This document shows, piece after piece, positions 1 through 12,968 of a stretch of 64,000 nt of DNA. The DNA comes from Octopus bimaculoides (taxonomy: Eukaryota). Below the pieces are notes generated by a model. It was not told where the DNA came from and searched no databases. It saw only the letters and a list, made by a program, of their open reading frames with translations. Location: positions 29,217,197 to 29,281,196 of the forward strand of contig NC_068985.1 in NCBI RefSeq assembly GCF_001194135.2, written 5' to 3'. The position numbers and the translations under genes are program-made. Every line of letters starts with the position of its first letter. Position 1 is the stretch's first letter.

Positions 1-323
1 GCTCGTGAAATTAACGTGCAAGTGGCTGAGCACTCCACAGACACGTGTACCCTTAACGTAGTTCTCGGGGGAGATTCAGCATGACATAGAGTGTGACAAG
101 GCTGACCCTTTGAATTACAGGCACAACAGAAACAGGAAGTAAGAGTGAGAGAAAGTTGTGGTGAAAGAGTACAGCAGGGTTCGCCACCATCCCCTGCCGG
201 AGCCTCGTGGGGCTTTAGGTGTTTTCGCTCAATAAACACTGACAACGCCTGGTCTGGGAATCGAAACTGCGATCCTATGACCGCGAGTCCGCTGCCCTAA
301 CCACTGGGCCATTGCGCCTCCAC
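1..323 (-). mobile_element. tRNA-derived SINE family A (head gtggaggcgcaatggcccagtgg), 3' end cut by window edge
   Basis: A- and B-box head on the minus strand. Near-identical to copies at 6694, 10036 and 59040. Confidence 0.9.
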
Positions 324-1279
324 AGTGAAGAGTAAAATATAATCAAATAATTAAACAAAGAACTACCTTAACCCATCTTTAAAGATCAGTTACAATTGTT
401 TCAGTGTCAGTTTATGCAAACTGGCATTGAAAGTAGAGTTGGTACATAATAGCTGGATTATTATATAGGGTTTCCTGACCAAATTTTAATTTATACCAAC
501 CAATATTAGATTTGTTCCAATATGTACTTTAAGGAATTTGGGTGTATCCATACATAGATGTTCACAAACCCATATATGGATATCCATGTATATCTATATA
601 TATGGGTCTGTAAACAGATGGATACATAGACAATCACAAAGCCATATATAGATATCTTTCTAAATATTCCATACAGCCACAGACACACTCAAACACATTC
701 ACATCTGCACACACATTTAAATGCATACACAACACATATGCTTGCATATCAAACATACACATACAGAAGCATGCCCATACACACACGTGCACGCACACAC
801 ACATGTTCATTTACACATACACACAAACATATAGAGAGAAGTCTGCTGACTCATTTACATATGCAACCTTTCCAGGAATAAACTTTCTTCCTTTTCACTT
901 TTAAGCTATTGTCAAATGTAAATGAAAAAGCCAGAGGTAACTGAGAAAAAGAAAAAGAAGGAGTGAGTGAGAGAGAGAGAAAGAAAGAGAGAAAGAGAGA
1001 GCAAACGGAGGGTAAGAGAAAGAAAAGTGACACGAGGGAAAGGGAGAGGGGAGGATTAAGATAACCTACAAAATTCAGCTTTTTTTTTTTCTTTTCTGAT
1101 GGTGTATATCAGCCTTGGTACTCTGACAACACTTGAACCACGGTCTACAAGATCTAATGCACTTATAATCAGCCTTCTTATCATTAGATGCATGTTTCTA
1201 TTGGAGGGTGGGTGTTTTCTTATTTTATTTTGTTTAATTTACTTTTTTTTTTTACCAAAATTATCAATGTATTACTCTG

Positions 1280-1625
1280 CTTTGTTCATCACTAGCTTAG
1301 CAGATAAAGCAATTAAGGATATGAAGACAGGGAAAACCTCCAGCCCATCAGGGATCACTGCACAAATGCTTAAAATCTCCAGTGGAATGGGATATGACCT
1401 GGTCACTTGTATAGTTAATCGGGTTGTCCATGAAGGAGTCATATCCAATGATTGGTGTAACAGCATTATAGACAACTGCTACAAAGGCAAATGTGATGCC
1501 CTAGACAGAAATAATTACAGAGGTACTAAATTGCTGGACCAGGTGCTGAAAGTTGCAGAAAAGGTCATAGCTCTGTTAATTAGGAAGAGAGTTAGCACAG
1601 ATTAGATGCAGTTTGGATTTGAGAT
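1280..1625 (+). mobile_element. RTE-clade LINE fragment (RT N-terminal part)
   Basis: DKAIKDMKTGKTSSPSGITAQMLK...YKGKCDALDRNNYRGTKLL is a non-LTR RT domain 0-1 motif. Disrupted by a stop. Confidence 0.85.
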
Positions 1626-2509
1626 GCATCATTCTCATTTAAAGTGAAGGAAAAGGAAAATGTAAGCTTGTTGGTATTATGGTATCACATCTTATTATTG
1701 GGTAATAGAATATTATAAGTATATGTAATCTTATCATTTCCCCACTGACCAGCACTACAGAAAATTGTTTAATAGAAATAACTTTAAACTAAGTTACAGC
1801 TGAACAACCAGTAGGTCATATTTGGAATGACTGCTATTTTAGTAGGCTGGTGACCATGTCCTACTCTTGGCAAGTTGGAGACTGAATTCTATTTTTAGTA
1901 TGGATTTTACAGCTGAATGCCATTTTTACCACTTACCACTTTACCAAGTATATTGGATGTATTTCATCATAACACCAGAAGTTGAGATATTATTGTATTC
2001 CAGGCAAGATTAAAATGTCTTCTCTACCTGACATTGTCTCTGTTAATTTGAACAGTGACAATGTAGGATAGAAGGGACACCAGTGAAGTTGCTCACGTCC
2101 TTGACAAAACTTAAAGAGAATCACTTCTTTGTGATGTCTCATTTAGAAGGGAGATACAGTGATAGAAGAAAAGGGGAGAGAGTGAAAAGGAGAATGATGA
2201 GAGAGTAATAAAGGAGAAAGTGTGATAGAAGAGTGTCTGCATGAAAGCAGCATGGGAGAAAGAGGAAAAGCATAGAATGTAAGGGAGATAGTTAGTAGAG
2301 AAACAGGGTGATATAAGGGGAAGGAATTGAAAAGAGGGAGAGTAATGTGAAAGTGTGTGTGTATGTGAGAGAGAGAGAGAGAGTGGGGAGGGAATCAGTG
2401 ATAGATGGGAGAGTAACAAAGAGATGAGGGATGGGAATAGAAAATAAGATTGATTGTTAATGGCAGGGAGACTTAATACAAACATAATGGGTGAAAAAGA
2501 CCCAACTTC

Positions 2510-2730
2510 CATTACTGTTATTATGGTTTATGCCCCGTCCGTTTTCCACGCTTTATGTGCTTGGTGCATCTCTTCTCCAGTACAGCATTCCACTTCTTGA
2601 ATTGGTCTTTTGTTATTTCTTTGAGAAGCTTAGCCTCTCGAGACCCATCTGCATTACTTCTTCCCACATCTTCAGTTTCCTTCTTCCACAGGTTCTTACC
2701 ATTCGGAATGCTTGGAACTTCTTTAACCAT
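2510..2730 (-). mobile_element. Possible mariner-type transposase C-terminal remnant
   Basis: LKEITKDQFKKWNAVLEKRCTKHIK resembles the terminal (L/W)xKRWxKCI helix of mariner transposases. Degenerate, and no TIR found. Confidence 0.4.
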
Positions 2731-3394
2731 ATTTCATTCTCATATGCCTAACATGCTTGTAACAGTGCAGTCTTCTCTCTTACAGCTTTCATATTCATCT
2801 CACATCAAAGTTTTCTCTCAAATCATTTGTGGCTATTAGTTTATGTACACTACCACTACATATCCAGTGAAGCATGATTGATTTATTTCTCTGCAGATTT
2901 TACAATCTTCTACATTCAAGACCAATGCTTCACTGCCATGCAACATCATACTTTATACAAACATACCACACTATCTACCCTTCATTTTAAAACAACCACA
3001 TTGTTGCTAGCAGATGCAACTGTTTCCTTAACTTTCTCTCACTTGATTCTTACTCTGTCAACTCCATTTTCAGAACATGCACACACAGATATGGAAGAAA
3101 TGCACTGTAGCTGTTTAAAAAACTCGTACTAATATAAAGGTTTAAAGAACTTAGCACAAAGGTATAGAATAAATTATAAATTTAATTCTAAACTGAAATT
3201 ACATACATTGTGCCTCTTAGTTTCATATTTTACTGATTTTTCAAGTAATCAATGAAACAATTGAATCAATTATAAAACAACATTTACTAAGTATATAAAC
3301 ACCATAAAAGAGTTTGATATAGTTAAAACATTATGGTTTAAGAGCATCAGTCAATCATCTGCTTGCCTTTTTCATTTATTTTTGTTTCTGTTTT

Positions 3395-3900
3395 TTATAG
3401 TTTCAGCTCAGAGCTGCGGCCATGCTGATGCACCACCGTTTTGCTACACTGTTTTTACTGAGAGCCTCCTCCAATATGTGGCACTTGGTGAAGAATGGAG
3501 TTTGATGTAGCTACCCTCATTTGCACCTCTTGCTGTGAGGTAGGTTCATCTGGGACTCTCGACAGGAAAAGGTCCAGCTTTGATTTAAAAACCCCTACAT
3601 CTACTTTGTGCAGGTTCCTCAGGCTCTTTGGAAGAATATTAAAAAGCTGTGGGCCCCTGAAACCCAAGCTGTTGCAGTAACTGGTCCTGAAGCGCGATGG
3701 CATTGCTGGGATCTTTGGCACTATGCAGTGTCGTCCCGTTCTGGCATTGGTGTAGCTTTCAATGCCAAAATTTGGCACAATTCCTTCCAGGATTTTGCAG
3801 ATGTATATTAGTGCATACCTTTCCCTCCTTCTCTCCAGGGAGTAGAGTCTTAGCTGTTTCAGCTTTTCCCAGTAGCTGAGCATGAATCCTTTAGTCACAT
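3395..3900 (-). mobile_element. CR1-like LINE 3' fragment (ORF2 C-terminus, 3'UTR and stem-loop tail)
   Basis: SYWEKLKQLRLYSLERRRERYALIYICKILEG...FKSKLDLFLSRVPDEP is the typical CR1-group ORF2 tail. Confidence 0.88.
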
Positions 3901-4353
3901 TAACTAAGGAAATTTTTTATATTTTTTTAGAGCATGGAAGGTAATTGTATTGTATGATTATATGGTTTTCAGCCATTTGGTACTTTAACAAATATTTTGA
4001 TTTATAACAAACTAAAGAGATCCATTCTGAGTGCGTGTTCAAGTTGATGCTTCTATTAAACAATGCTTTAATTTTTCTGGTGGATAAAGGTCACACCTGC
4101 TCATATCCTGTTCATGTGGTTTAGCATGCTGATTAATCTAAGATGTATAATAAGGTGTAGTTAATTAGAAACAATACAATTTTTAGCCTTTACTCTGATG
4201 TGTAATTGACACTATGAGGACAAATGTAAATGTAATTCTAGTCTTCATCTGAAACTATGGGGCCTAAACCAGTTGCCAATAGATAGAGTATGTATGTATG
4301 AGCACATGTGTATACACATATGATTGTATGCATGAAAGGTGTGTGTGTCTGTG

Positions 4354-4411
<58 letters not shown>

Positions 4412-5435
4412 TAATCACTAAAGGGGTCAAACCATAGGCTCATAAGGCTAGTTTCCCAGATTCTGTTACATTTATATTGTCCCCTTTAATGGGATGCTGG
4501 TTCATCACAGGATTTACTCATTTTTAGCAGTTGAGTGGCCTGGAGCGACATGAAATGAAACCACAATCTTACAATAATGAGTGCAACACTCTAATCACTA
4601 AGCCATGCACTTCCACTATATACATGTGTGTGTATATCATCATTATCATCATCATCATTTTGCATCTGTTTTCCATGCTGGCATGGGTTAGATGGTTTGA
4701 CTGATACTGGTAAGCCAGAGAGCTGAACCAGACTCCAGTCTGTTCCGGCTTGGTTTCTCTGGCTGGATGCCCTTCCTAATGCCAACTGCTCTATAGAGTG
4801 TAATGGGTGTCTGTAGACATGTCACTGGCATGGGTGTCTTCTACATGTCACCAGTACAGGTGCCTTTCATGTGCCACCAGCACAGGTGTCTTTTGGCTGT
4901 CACTGGCACAGGTGCCTTCTGCATATCACTGCCATGGGTGCCTGATTCACCAGAGTGATAAATTACAGGACTCAATACAAATGTAGAGTATTCTTTTAAT
5001 ACATTATAACTGAATGGTTCCAATTTCCAGTACTCCAAGTTGCTAGTTTCTGATCATTAACTGTGAAACTGAGTTTGGTTTCCTTTTGACTATTTACTGA
5101 ATGAATATTTTTTGAAATACATGTATACAAATATATATATATATATATATTCACATATAGACATGCACACACATATTAAACAGTATCAATAAAAACCATG
5201 AATTAAACATTTCAAAAACCAATGTTTTTCCTGAACCAGAGCAAAATTCAAGGAGACTTTTATTTGCATAAAAGATTCTTAGCCGCATGCATACAAGGTA
5301 TTAATAACTCAATTCTTTTATTCAAATTATTGGTGTCTTGAGTTAAAATTCTCAGTTTTTCACTCAAAAGGCATGCTGCATATATATAGATAGACAGACA
5401 GATTAAAACATAGACATGTACATTCAAAAATATAT

Positions 5436-5666
5436 CTAACCCTTTTGATACCAACCCAGCTGAAACTGCCTCTGGCTCTGTAGTACAAACGTCTTGTTTT
5501 CAAAAGTTCTGAGTTAAAATCTTCCATCAAACCTTAATCACAATTTATGTTCCTAACACTAGCTTAATGATAACTATGTTATTTTGCTAAATTCTTTGTT
5601 ATATTTAAAATTAATTGAAAGAAACACAGAGCATCTCCAATAGAAATATGGTAACAAAAGGGTTAA
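5436..5666. mobile_element. piggyBac-type MITE
   Basis: (c)TAA|CCCTTTTGATACC ... GGTAACAAAAGGG|TTAA. Related degenerate copies at about 37376-37870 and 43740-43930. Confidence 0.8.
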
Positions 5667-6169
5667 AATTTATAATTTATAGTGACTGCTTATTTTCAAG
5701 TTCCACTATTAAAACTATCTTCTCAATGCAGTGATTGTAAGGAGAAATTATATCTATATGTAATAGTGCATTTTAGGTGTGTGGATATTAGCAAAACCAA
5801 ATACAATGGAGGGGAAAGGGAATAGTAACTGGATAGGTAGGACAAACAAGCAAAAGGGATGAATTGGAGTTTTGTTAGTAAATACCACAAGTTTATTTAG
5901 CCATAATATTCCACCTGAGGTATTTGATAAAACTTTCCATCTCCTGAAGTAATATTTACAAGTAAGTTTGCTATGCAGGAATAGTGATAGTCTTTTGAAG
6001 AATAGGTGATTGGTTATGGATTCCTCTTAAGATATTAATATATTAATTATAACATAAAGCTCCTGTAATGGAGATAACATTTCATCATAAGAGTAACTAA
6101 ATATATTGTTATTAATATATGAAGATGAAATCACAACCAATCACATTTACCTAAGAGTTAATTACTTTA

Positions 6170-6500
6170 CCTGACATCATCCACATACACCACATAACAG
6201 TACCAGTACAGTTTCCTCTCTTGCACACTACACTTGATCCTATTTATACCAAGATTTTTCTCTCAGTTCATTTGTTCTCTGATGTTCATACATTTTAACA
6301 TTACACATCAAGTGGAGCATATTTGCTTCACTTTTTTAAGTTTTCATGCATCCTCCATATTCAATAACCATGTCTTGCAATTTGTACATAAACATAAGCA
6401 TAATCTATACTTCACTCAGTGAGAGAATCCCTTTCTTGCCAGCAAAGGTTACACCTCCTCAACACTTTAGTATTTAAACCAGCCATATGAAGCCAGTTGG
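6170..6500 (-). mobile_element. Degenerate RTE ORF2 C-terminal fragment
   Basis: The reverse complement resembles 47200-47460 (EKLGIRSIKCSVQERKL-like). Confidence 0.6.
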
Positions 6501-6693
6501 AACCAAGTAAACAATAAAAAGTAACTATTTCATCATTCTTTCATATATTTGTGCGAAATTAAATAACAGTTATGACATACCATCAACAAATAATTAACAG
6601 ATAAAGAAAATAACATTTTTGTTATTGCTTTTTTAAAATCTGATTGTCTGCTCTTGCCATTTGGTCACTTGCTCATTTTGTCCATCTGTTGCT

Positions 6694-6971
6694 GTGGAGG
6701 CGCAATGGCCCAGTGGTTAGGGCAGCGGACTCGCAGTCATAGGATCGCGGTTTCGATTCCCAGACCGGGCGTTGTGAGTGTTTATTGAGCAAAAACACCT
6801 AAAGCTCCATGAGGCTTCGGCAGGGGATGGTGGCGAACCCTGCTGTACTCTTTCACCACAACTTTCTCTCACTCTTACTTCCTGTTTCTGTTGTACCTGT
6901 AATTCAAAGGGCCAGCCTTGTCACACTGTGTCACGCTGAATATCCCCGAGAACTATGTTAAGGGTACAAGT
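6694..6971 (+). mobile_element. SINE family A, runs into gap
   Basis: Reverse complement of the 1-323 copy. Confidence 0.9.
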
Positions 6972-8000
6972 NNNNNNNNNNNNNNNNNNNNNNNNNNNNN
7001 NNNNNNNNNNNNNNNNNNNNNNNNNNNNNNNNNNNNNNNNNNNNNNNNNNNNNNNNNNNNNNNNNNNNNNNNNNNNNNNNNNNNNNNNNNNNNNNNNNNN
7101 NNNNNNNNNNNNNNNNNNNNNNNNNNNNNNNNNNNNNNNNNNNNNNNNNNNNNNNNNNNNNNNNNNNNNNNNNNNNNNNNNNNNNNNNNNNNNNNNNNNN
7201 NNNNNNNNNNNNNNNNNNNNNNNNNNNNNNNNNNNNNNNNNNNNNNNNNNNNNNNNNNNNNNNNNNNNNNNNNNNNNNNNNNNNNNNNNNNNNNNNNNNN
7301 NNNNNNNNNNNNNNNNNNNNNNNNNNNNNNNNNNNNNNNNNNNNNNNNNNNNNNNNNNNNNNNNNNNNNNNNNNNNNNNNNNNNNNNNNNNNNNNNNNNN
7401 NNNNNNNNNNNNNNNNNNNNNNNNNNNNNNNNNNNNNNNNNNNNNNNNNNNNNNNNNNNNNNNNNNNNNNNNNNNNNNNNNNNNNNNNNNNNNNNNNNNN
7501 NNNNNNNNNNNNNNNNNNNNNNNNNNNNCCCCCCCCCCCATATATGATAAAAATAATAAATTAAAGAAAAGAAAGCTAGAAGTCAACAGTACAAGGAAAG
7601 ATTAAGTTTATAGATATAAAGTATCTGACATTAAAAAAACACAAAATATAAAATATATAAAATATACATGAAATCATCATCATCGTCATCGTTTAACGTC
7701 CGTTTTCCATACTGGCATGGGTTGGACGGTTTGACTGAGATCTGGAGAGCTAGCGGCTGCACCAGGCTTACAGTTAGGTTTGTTTATTTGTTCTCTTGCA
7801 GTTTTAGAAAATAATGATATAAAAGCAAAATGTTTTGAGATCTGAAATGATTTCCATTATTATGATTATTATTATTATTTATGATTTTTATCTTCAGTTA
7901 GACATCTGTCAATTTTATATTTCTGCATACTGCCTGCGGAATTGACTCAGCACCACATGAATACTTATGTATCTATATTGGAAACGTCTTTTCAATGGCT

Positions 8001-8020
8001 TCAAGTCTGAAATTTGCTTC
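8001..8020 (-). CDS. TBRG1: TBRG1 probable last coding exon, (G)SKFQT*
   Basis: Best pyrimidine-rich acceptor downstream of exon 7 (ttttctgttttttgcag). Phase 1 continuation gives GSKFQT-TGA. Too short for homology support. Confidence 0.6.
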
Positions 8021-10035
8021 CTGCAAAAAAACAGAAAATTAAATTTATGAAAAGAAAGGTTTTAATTCTTCTATGTTTGTAATTTTGCTTGTTTTTATTA
8101 AATATTAAGCAAAATAAAAATTTTATGAATAAGATAAATAAATGCTACAGCTTATTGTTGTCTACTCCAGGTCAGTCTTGATTAAGCAGAAATTTGATCA
8201 AAGACGGTCCTACCATGACCATACTCATATTTTTGTATATCTAAGAATGACATTGTCCAATGTGTCGTTTTCTAATTTTGTGAGATTTGATTGCTATTTC
8301 TAGCAGGCTGAGCAATCAATCCCACCAGGAGATACATGGCTCCCCCTGCAATAGGAAAGAGCAGGCAAGAGGAGCTAAAAGGGAGATAAGATATGGTGAC
8401 AGAATCCCAGACTATACTCTCAAGGTACGAAGTGAACATAGGGGAGAATACAAGACAAAGGATCAAGCAGGAAGGTGGGATGAGTGGAGATGGTGTAACA
8501 CTTTCAGATCATTCAATTGAGGTCATGGTCTTATGCCTACCCAAACAGAATCATAAATAGGCATGTACCCCATTCTTTTGTTTCTGATAACAAATCTCTC
8601 TTGACAACTTACATCATTTTCTTTTCATTTATTGAGTATCTATTTTTCTGGGCTAGCGGGTATATTAAGGCCAGTATTTTATGACCAACCCTTACCTGTT
8701 TTACAACTGTATCAAAACTTAAAATTCAGAACAAGTAAAAAATCATTGTTTAATACCACCATCTGACCACCATCCAATCAATAACTTCTGTTGATTATCA
8801 CGTTCCTGTAACTTGCAGTTACACTTTGACATTTCTTTCATATCTTCTCTCCTTTTCCAGTTGGGGTAACCATGAATTTAGTCCGTTGCAACACACCTGT
8901 TGCTGTTCTGCTGTCATAATTTAGCCTCTTAACACCTGGCACAAAATCACATCCCAGTGAACTATACTCCTGCTTCTGTTGAGGGGTTTTGTCTTGCAAA
9001 TTACCAGGTAACCTCACTGGTGCTGCTGCCAAGTCAAAAGTATCCAGTGCACTCTGTAAAGTGGTTTGGCGTTATGAGGGGCGCCCAGCCATAGAAACCA
9101 TGCTGAAGCAGAGTTTGGAGTTTGGAACAGTCCTATGGCTTGACAGTTTCAATCAAACTGTCCAACCCATGCCAGCAGGGAAAACAGACATTAAACAATG
9201 TTAACCGTTTTACAGTTGTAATAGACATGGATGCAACTTAAGATCCATCAAAATATATTCAAATCAAATCCTTGTATGAAGAAAGAAAAAAAATTCTATA
9301 GATTTGCCAAAAATCTGCAATAAGGAAAATAACAATCGTCAAATTACAGGAACATGATGATCAACTTCTATGCCCTTCCTGTCACCAACTACATCAGTGC
9401 AAACTAGATGCATCTTTACTTTAACAAATTACCACCCCACCTCCTGCCTCTTCCTCCTCATCATGATCCTTAATATCAGCATCATCCAAATTTGCTCTAC
9501 CCATAATTTTGAAGAGGCTTGTTTTTTTTTTTTATATATATATATATATATTTATTTTTATAGTTGTCCAACTATAAAACAAGGTCAGGAATACTGTTGA
9601 GGTGCAACAGGTTTAAGATAAACATACATCGACGAAAGAGAGAAATATACATATATGGAAAAAGGAAAGTGATAACATTGTTTGGGCAAGGTCTTGAACA
9701 AAATAACAACCATTTAGAGATGTTCAAGAGATACTCTCTGATAAAAGATCATTCACATTGAACAGATTGTCTATCTGCAATTCCAAGATCTTATTTAAAT
9801 TTTTTTTATTTCTTTCCTTTGTTTTTTGTTTTTTTGCAACTGTTTTGATATGTTTGCATAGAGGCTTCGTCCTTTTAACCCATTACCTTCCATAATTCTA
9901 TTAACTGGAATTTTTTTTATAAAACTTTGATTTCTAGCATAAAACAGCCTTAGAAACACGTTGGAATGATCAAAATAACATTTTAAATAGAAATAAGCGA
10001 GATATTGCGTGAAAAATTAGCAAACCTCATTTGAA

Positions 10036-10366
10036 TGTTGTTGGCACTCCGTCGCTTACGACGTCGAGGGTTCCAGTTGATCCGATCAACGGAACAGCCT
10101 GCTCGTGAAATTAACGTGCAAGTGACTGAGCATTCCACAGACAAGTGTACCCGTAACGTAGTTCTTGGGGATACTCAGCATGACACAGTGTGACAAGGCT
10201 GGCCCTTTGAAATATAGGTACAACAGAAACAGGAAGAGAGAGTGAGAGAAAGTTGTGGTAGAAGAGTACAGCAGGGTTTGCCACCATCCCCTGCCGGAGC
10301 CTCGTGGAGCTTTAGGTGTTTTCGCTCAATAAACACTCACAACGCCCGGTCTGGGAATCGAAACCG
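10036..10366 (-). mobile_element. SINE family A, head truncated
   Basis: Same body. Stops inside the B-box region. Confidence 0.9.
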
Positions 10367-10369
10367 GTA

Positions 10370-10615
10370 GTTATGTCAATGATGGTGATAATGGGGTGGT
10401 TATAATGATGACGATGATAATGATGCTGGAGGTGCTGGTGTTGGTGCTGGGGATAGTGGTGATGGTGGCTGGTAATGGTGTTGATGATGGTAGTTATGTT
10501 AATGATGATGTTGATAATAATACTGATGATGTCAGTGGTGGTGGGGGTGGTGCTGGTATGGTGTTAATGTTGCTGCTGCTGCTGCTGATGATGAGGATGA
10601 TGGCGGTGATAACTT
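10370..10615. repeat. Degenerate GAT/GGT/GCT trinucleotide low-complexity tract
   Basis: Read directly from the sequence. Confidence 0.85.
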
Positions 10616-10738
10616 TCTTAAACCTAAATAAAGCATCCATTCAGGAAAATAACAAAAAAAAAAAAGCAACAAAACAAAACCCCAAAATAAAGAAGAAAGC
10701 CAATTAACTTTGGTGTGTTTTTTTTTTTGATTTTTTAC

Positions 10739-10968
10739 CTTGAGAAACTGACTGCAGTGATCGAAGAGCTTCCACCGAAATGGTGGGGTCATCTTCAGTA
10801 GTAATCGAACTGCAGATGTTTTCAGTCTTGCTAACTTCAAACTTGATCCATTTATAAAGGGAACATTTCCGTGCACCAGGACAGCTCTGGATAAGGTTCT
10901 GTACAATCGGGTGCGACAACCCAAAAAACTCCGGACCAGCACCATGAGTGGCCACAAGGTCGTAACCC
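10739..10968 (-). CDS. TBRG1: TBRG1 coding exon 7, GYDLVATHGAGPEFFGLSHPIVQNLIQSCPGARKCSLYKWIKFEV...LQSVSQ (FYRC)
   Basis: ttcacttag acceptor and gtaaaa donor. FYRC motif GxxFFGxSHPxxxNLIQSCPGARKC. Confidence 0.96.
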
Positions 10969-11001
10969 CTAAGTGAAATTGAAACAGAAAATATATTCAG
11001 C

Positions 11002-11015
11002 TTAATAATAATAAT

Positions 11016-11085
<70 letters not shown>

Positions 11086-11139
11086 TTCTTTGCCCTAGGA
11101 ATCAGGAAGACACACAGCAAGAAATGGAAACAGAATTGA

Positions 11140-11222
<83 letters not shown>

Positions 11223-11247
11223 GATGATGATGATGATAATAATAATG

Positions 11248-11280
<33 letters not shown>

Positions 11281-11370
11281 TTCTCTGCCCTAGGAATCAG
11301 GAAGACACACAGCAAGAAATGGAAACAGAATTGAAAGATGATAATGAAAATAATAATAATAATAATACAG
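11002..11370. repeat. (AAT)n/(GAT)n compound microsatellite with a duplicated ~58-bp spacer
   Basis: Read directly from the sequence. Confidence 0.95.
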
Positions 11371-12446
11371 ATCCTTTCTATTATAGGTACAAGGCCTAAA
11401 ATTTGGGGGGAGGGGATCAGTTGATTACATCAATCCCAGTGTTCAACCGGTACTTATTTCATCGAACCCAAAAGGGTGGAAGTCAAGGCAGAATTTGAAC
11501 TCAAACTGTAAAGATGGATGAAACGCCACTATGCATTTTGCCCTGCATGCTAATGATTTTGCTATCCACTTTTGCACAAGGCAGAGTTCATTGAGGTAGA
11601 TGTTTTATGACTGAGTGCTCTTCCTGTTGCCAACCCTCGCCTATTTCCAAGCAAGGTAAGGCTTTTCGGGGAAGATCAAAATGAATGACAGCTTATAATA
11701 GTAGTGTTACTCCTGTACAAGTCCCCTGCGATGTCAAGACAAAGAGGCACAAACACACACACATCATCATCATTGTTTAAGGTCCATTTTTCATGCTGGC
11801 ATGAGTTGGATGGTTTAACTGAGATCTGAAGAGCCAGCAGCTGCACCAGGCTCCGATCTGATCTGGCAAGGTTCCTATAGCTGGATGCCCTTTCTAATGC
11901 CAACCACTCCGAGAGTGTAGTGGGTGCTTTGTACATGACACCAGCAATGCATGTATACAAATACATGCATAGGACAAGCTTCCTTCAGGTTTCATCTACC
12001 AGAACTCCAAAGGCTTTGGCTGGCTTCAGGGCTGTAGTAGGAAACACTTACTCAAGGTGTCACACAGTGAGACTGAACCTAAAACCATGTAGTCAGGAAG
12101 CAAACTTCTCAATCACACAGATGTGCCTGCATCTATCCTCGACTCACATAGATATATATGTAAATCATTATCATCATCGTTTAATGTCCATCTTCCATGC
12201 ATGCATGGGTAGGATGTTTGACAGGAGCCAGTCAGGTAGAAGACTACACCAGGCTACTGTGTCTATTTTGGCAGGGTTTTTATGGCTGGATGCCGTTCCT
12301 AACACCAACCACTCTGCAGAGTGGTTTATTTTTTGATCTTCCCAGATAACATGTTCAAACAAGGGGAAGCATTGCTTTGCTTGGAGGAAACAGGTGAGGG
12401 TTGGCAACAGAAAGGGCACCCAGTCATAAAATATATACATATTTTA

Positions 12447-12712
12447 GGAGCGCCTGTGAGGCAAGTAGCTTGCTTACGAACCACATGGTTCCGGGTTGTG
12501 GCACTTTGGGCAAGTGTCTTCTACTATAGCCTCGGGCCGACCAAAGCCTTGTGAGTGGATTTGGTAGGCGGAAACTGAAAGAAGCCGGTTGTATATATGT
12601 ATGTTTGTGTGTCTGTGTTTGTCCCCCCAACATCGCTTGACAACCAATGCTGGTGTGTTTACATTCCCGTAACTTAGCAGTTTGGCAAAAGAGACTGATA
12701 GAATAAGTCTAA
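12447..12712 (+). mobile_element. SINE family B (tRNA head, CORE-like ccttgggcaagt, internal (TA)n), 3' truncated
   Basis: Homologous to many copies listed below. Confidence 0.88.
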
Positions 12713-12873
12713 CATGTACAGCATATACACTGCAAAGTCAACAACAGATCTTCAAACCACTTTCCAGTATAAAAATATTCTGGTAAATCAATCAAGAAAA
12801 CAATTAATAATAAAAAAGAAAAGAAACAAATAAAAAACAATGTAAACAAAGACAAAACCTCCAATAAACTTAC

Positions 12874-12968
12874 CGTGATTGATTAATTAATTGCAGTAAT
12901 TTGCTGTGACATTCTGAGGGATCACGGTGGCACAAAATTTGTTTTTGGTCATCAGCAGATATTTCAAA
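12874..12968 (-). CDS. TBRG1: TBRG1 coding exon 6, FEISADDQKQILCHRDPSECHSKLLQLINQS(R)
   Basis: ttttatttgcag acceptor and gtaagt donor, phase 0/2. Aligns to recalled human FEIVPEDD...DACHAELL. Confidence 0.92.

Noticed and set aside
1099-1605. 168-aa ORF as a host gene
   Set aside because: The 3' half is an RTE RT fragment and the 5' half is non-coding T-rich sequence.
2111-2512. 133-aa Ser/Leu/Phe-rich minus-strand ORF
   Set aside because: Translation of a GA-rich low-complexity tract.
6694-6770. tRNA-like cloverleaf heads with A and B boxes
   Set aside because: They continue into SINE bodies found in multiple copies and lack a proper acceptor stem, so they are not tRNA genes.
6918-7605. 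Long ORFs made of X (also 19887-20268, 22659-23093, 31236-32105, 37411-37851, 61928-62210)
   Set aside because: Artefacts of N-gaps. Only the MAPDQ...KKDIK part of 19975-20226 is real coding sequence.
9721-9775. Alternative TBRG1 last exon (DRQSVQCE*)
   Set aside because: The AG is preceded by purine-rich sequence with no pyrimidine tract. The 8020 acceptor is much better, though this one is not formally excluded.
10704-11399. Poly-Ile, poly-Asp/Asn and poly-Met ORFs
   Set aside because: Translations of (AAT)n/(GAT)n microsatellite. Only 10739-10968 is a true exon.
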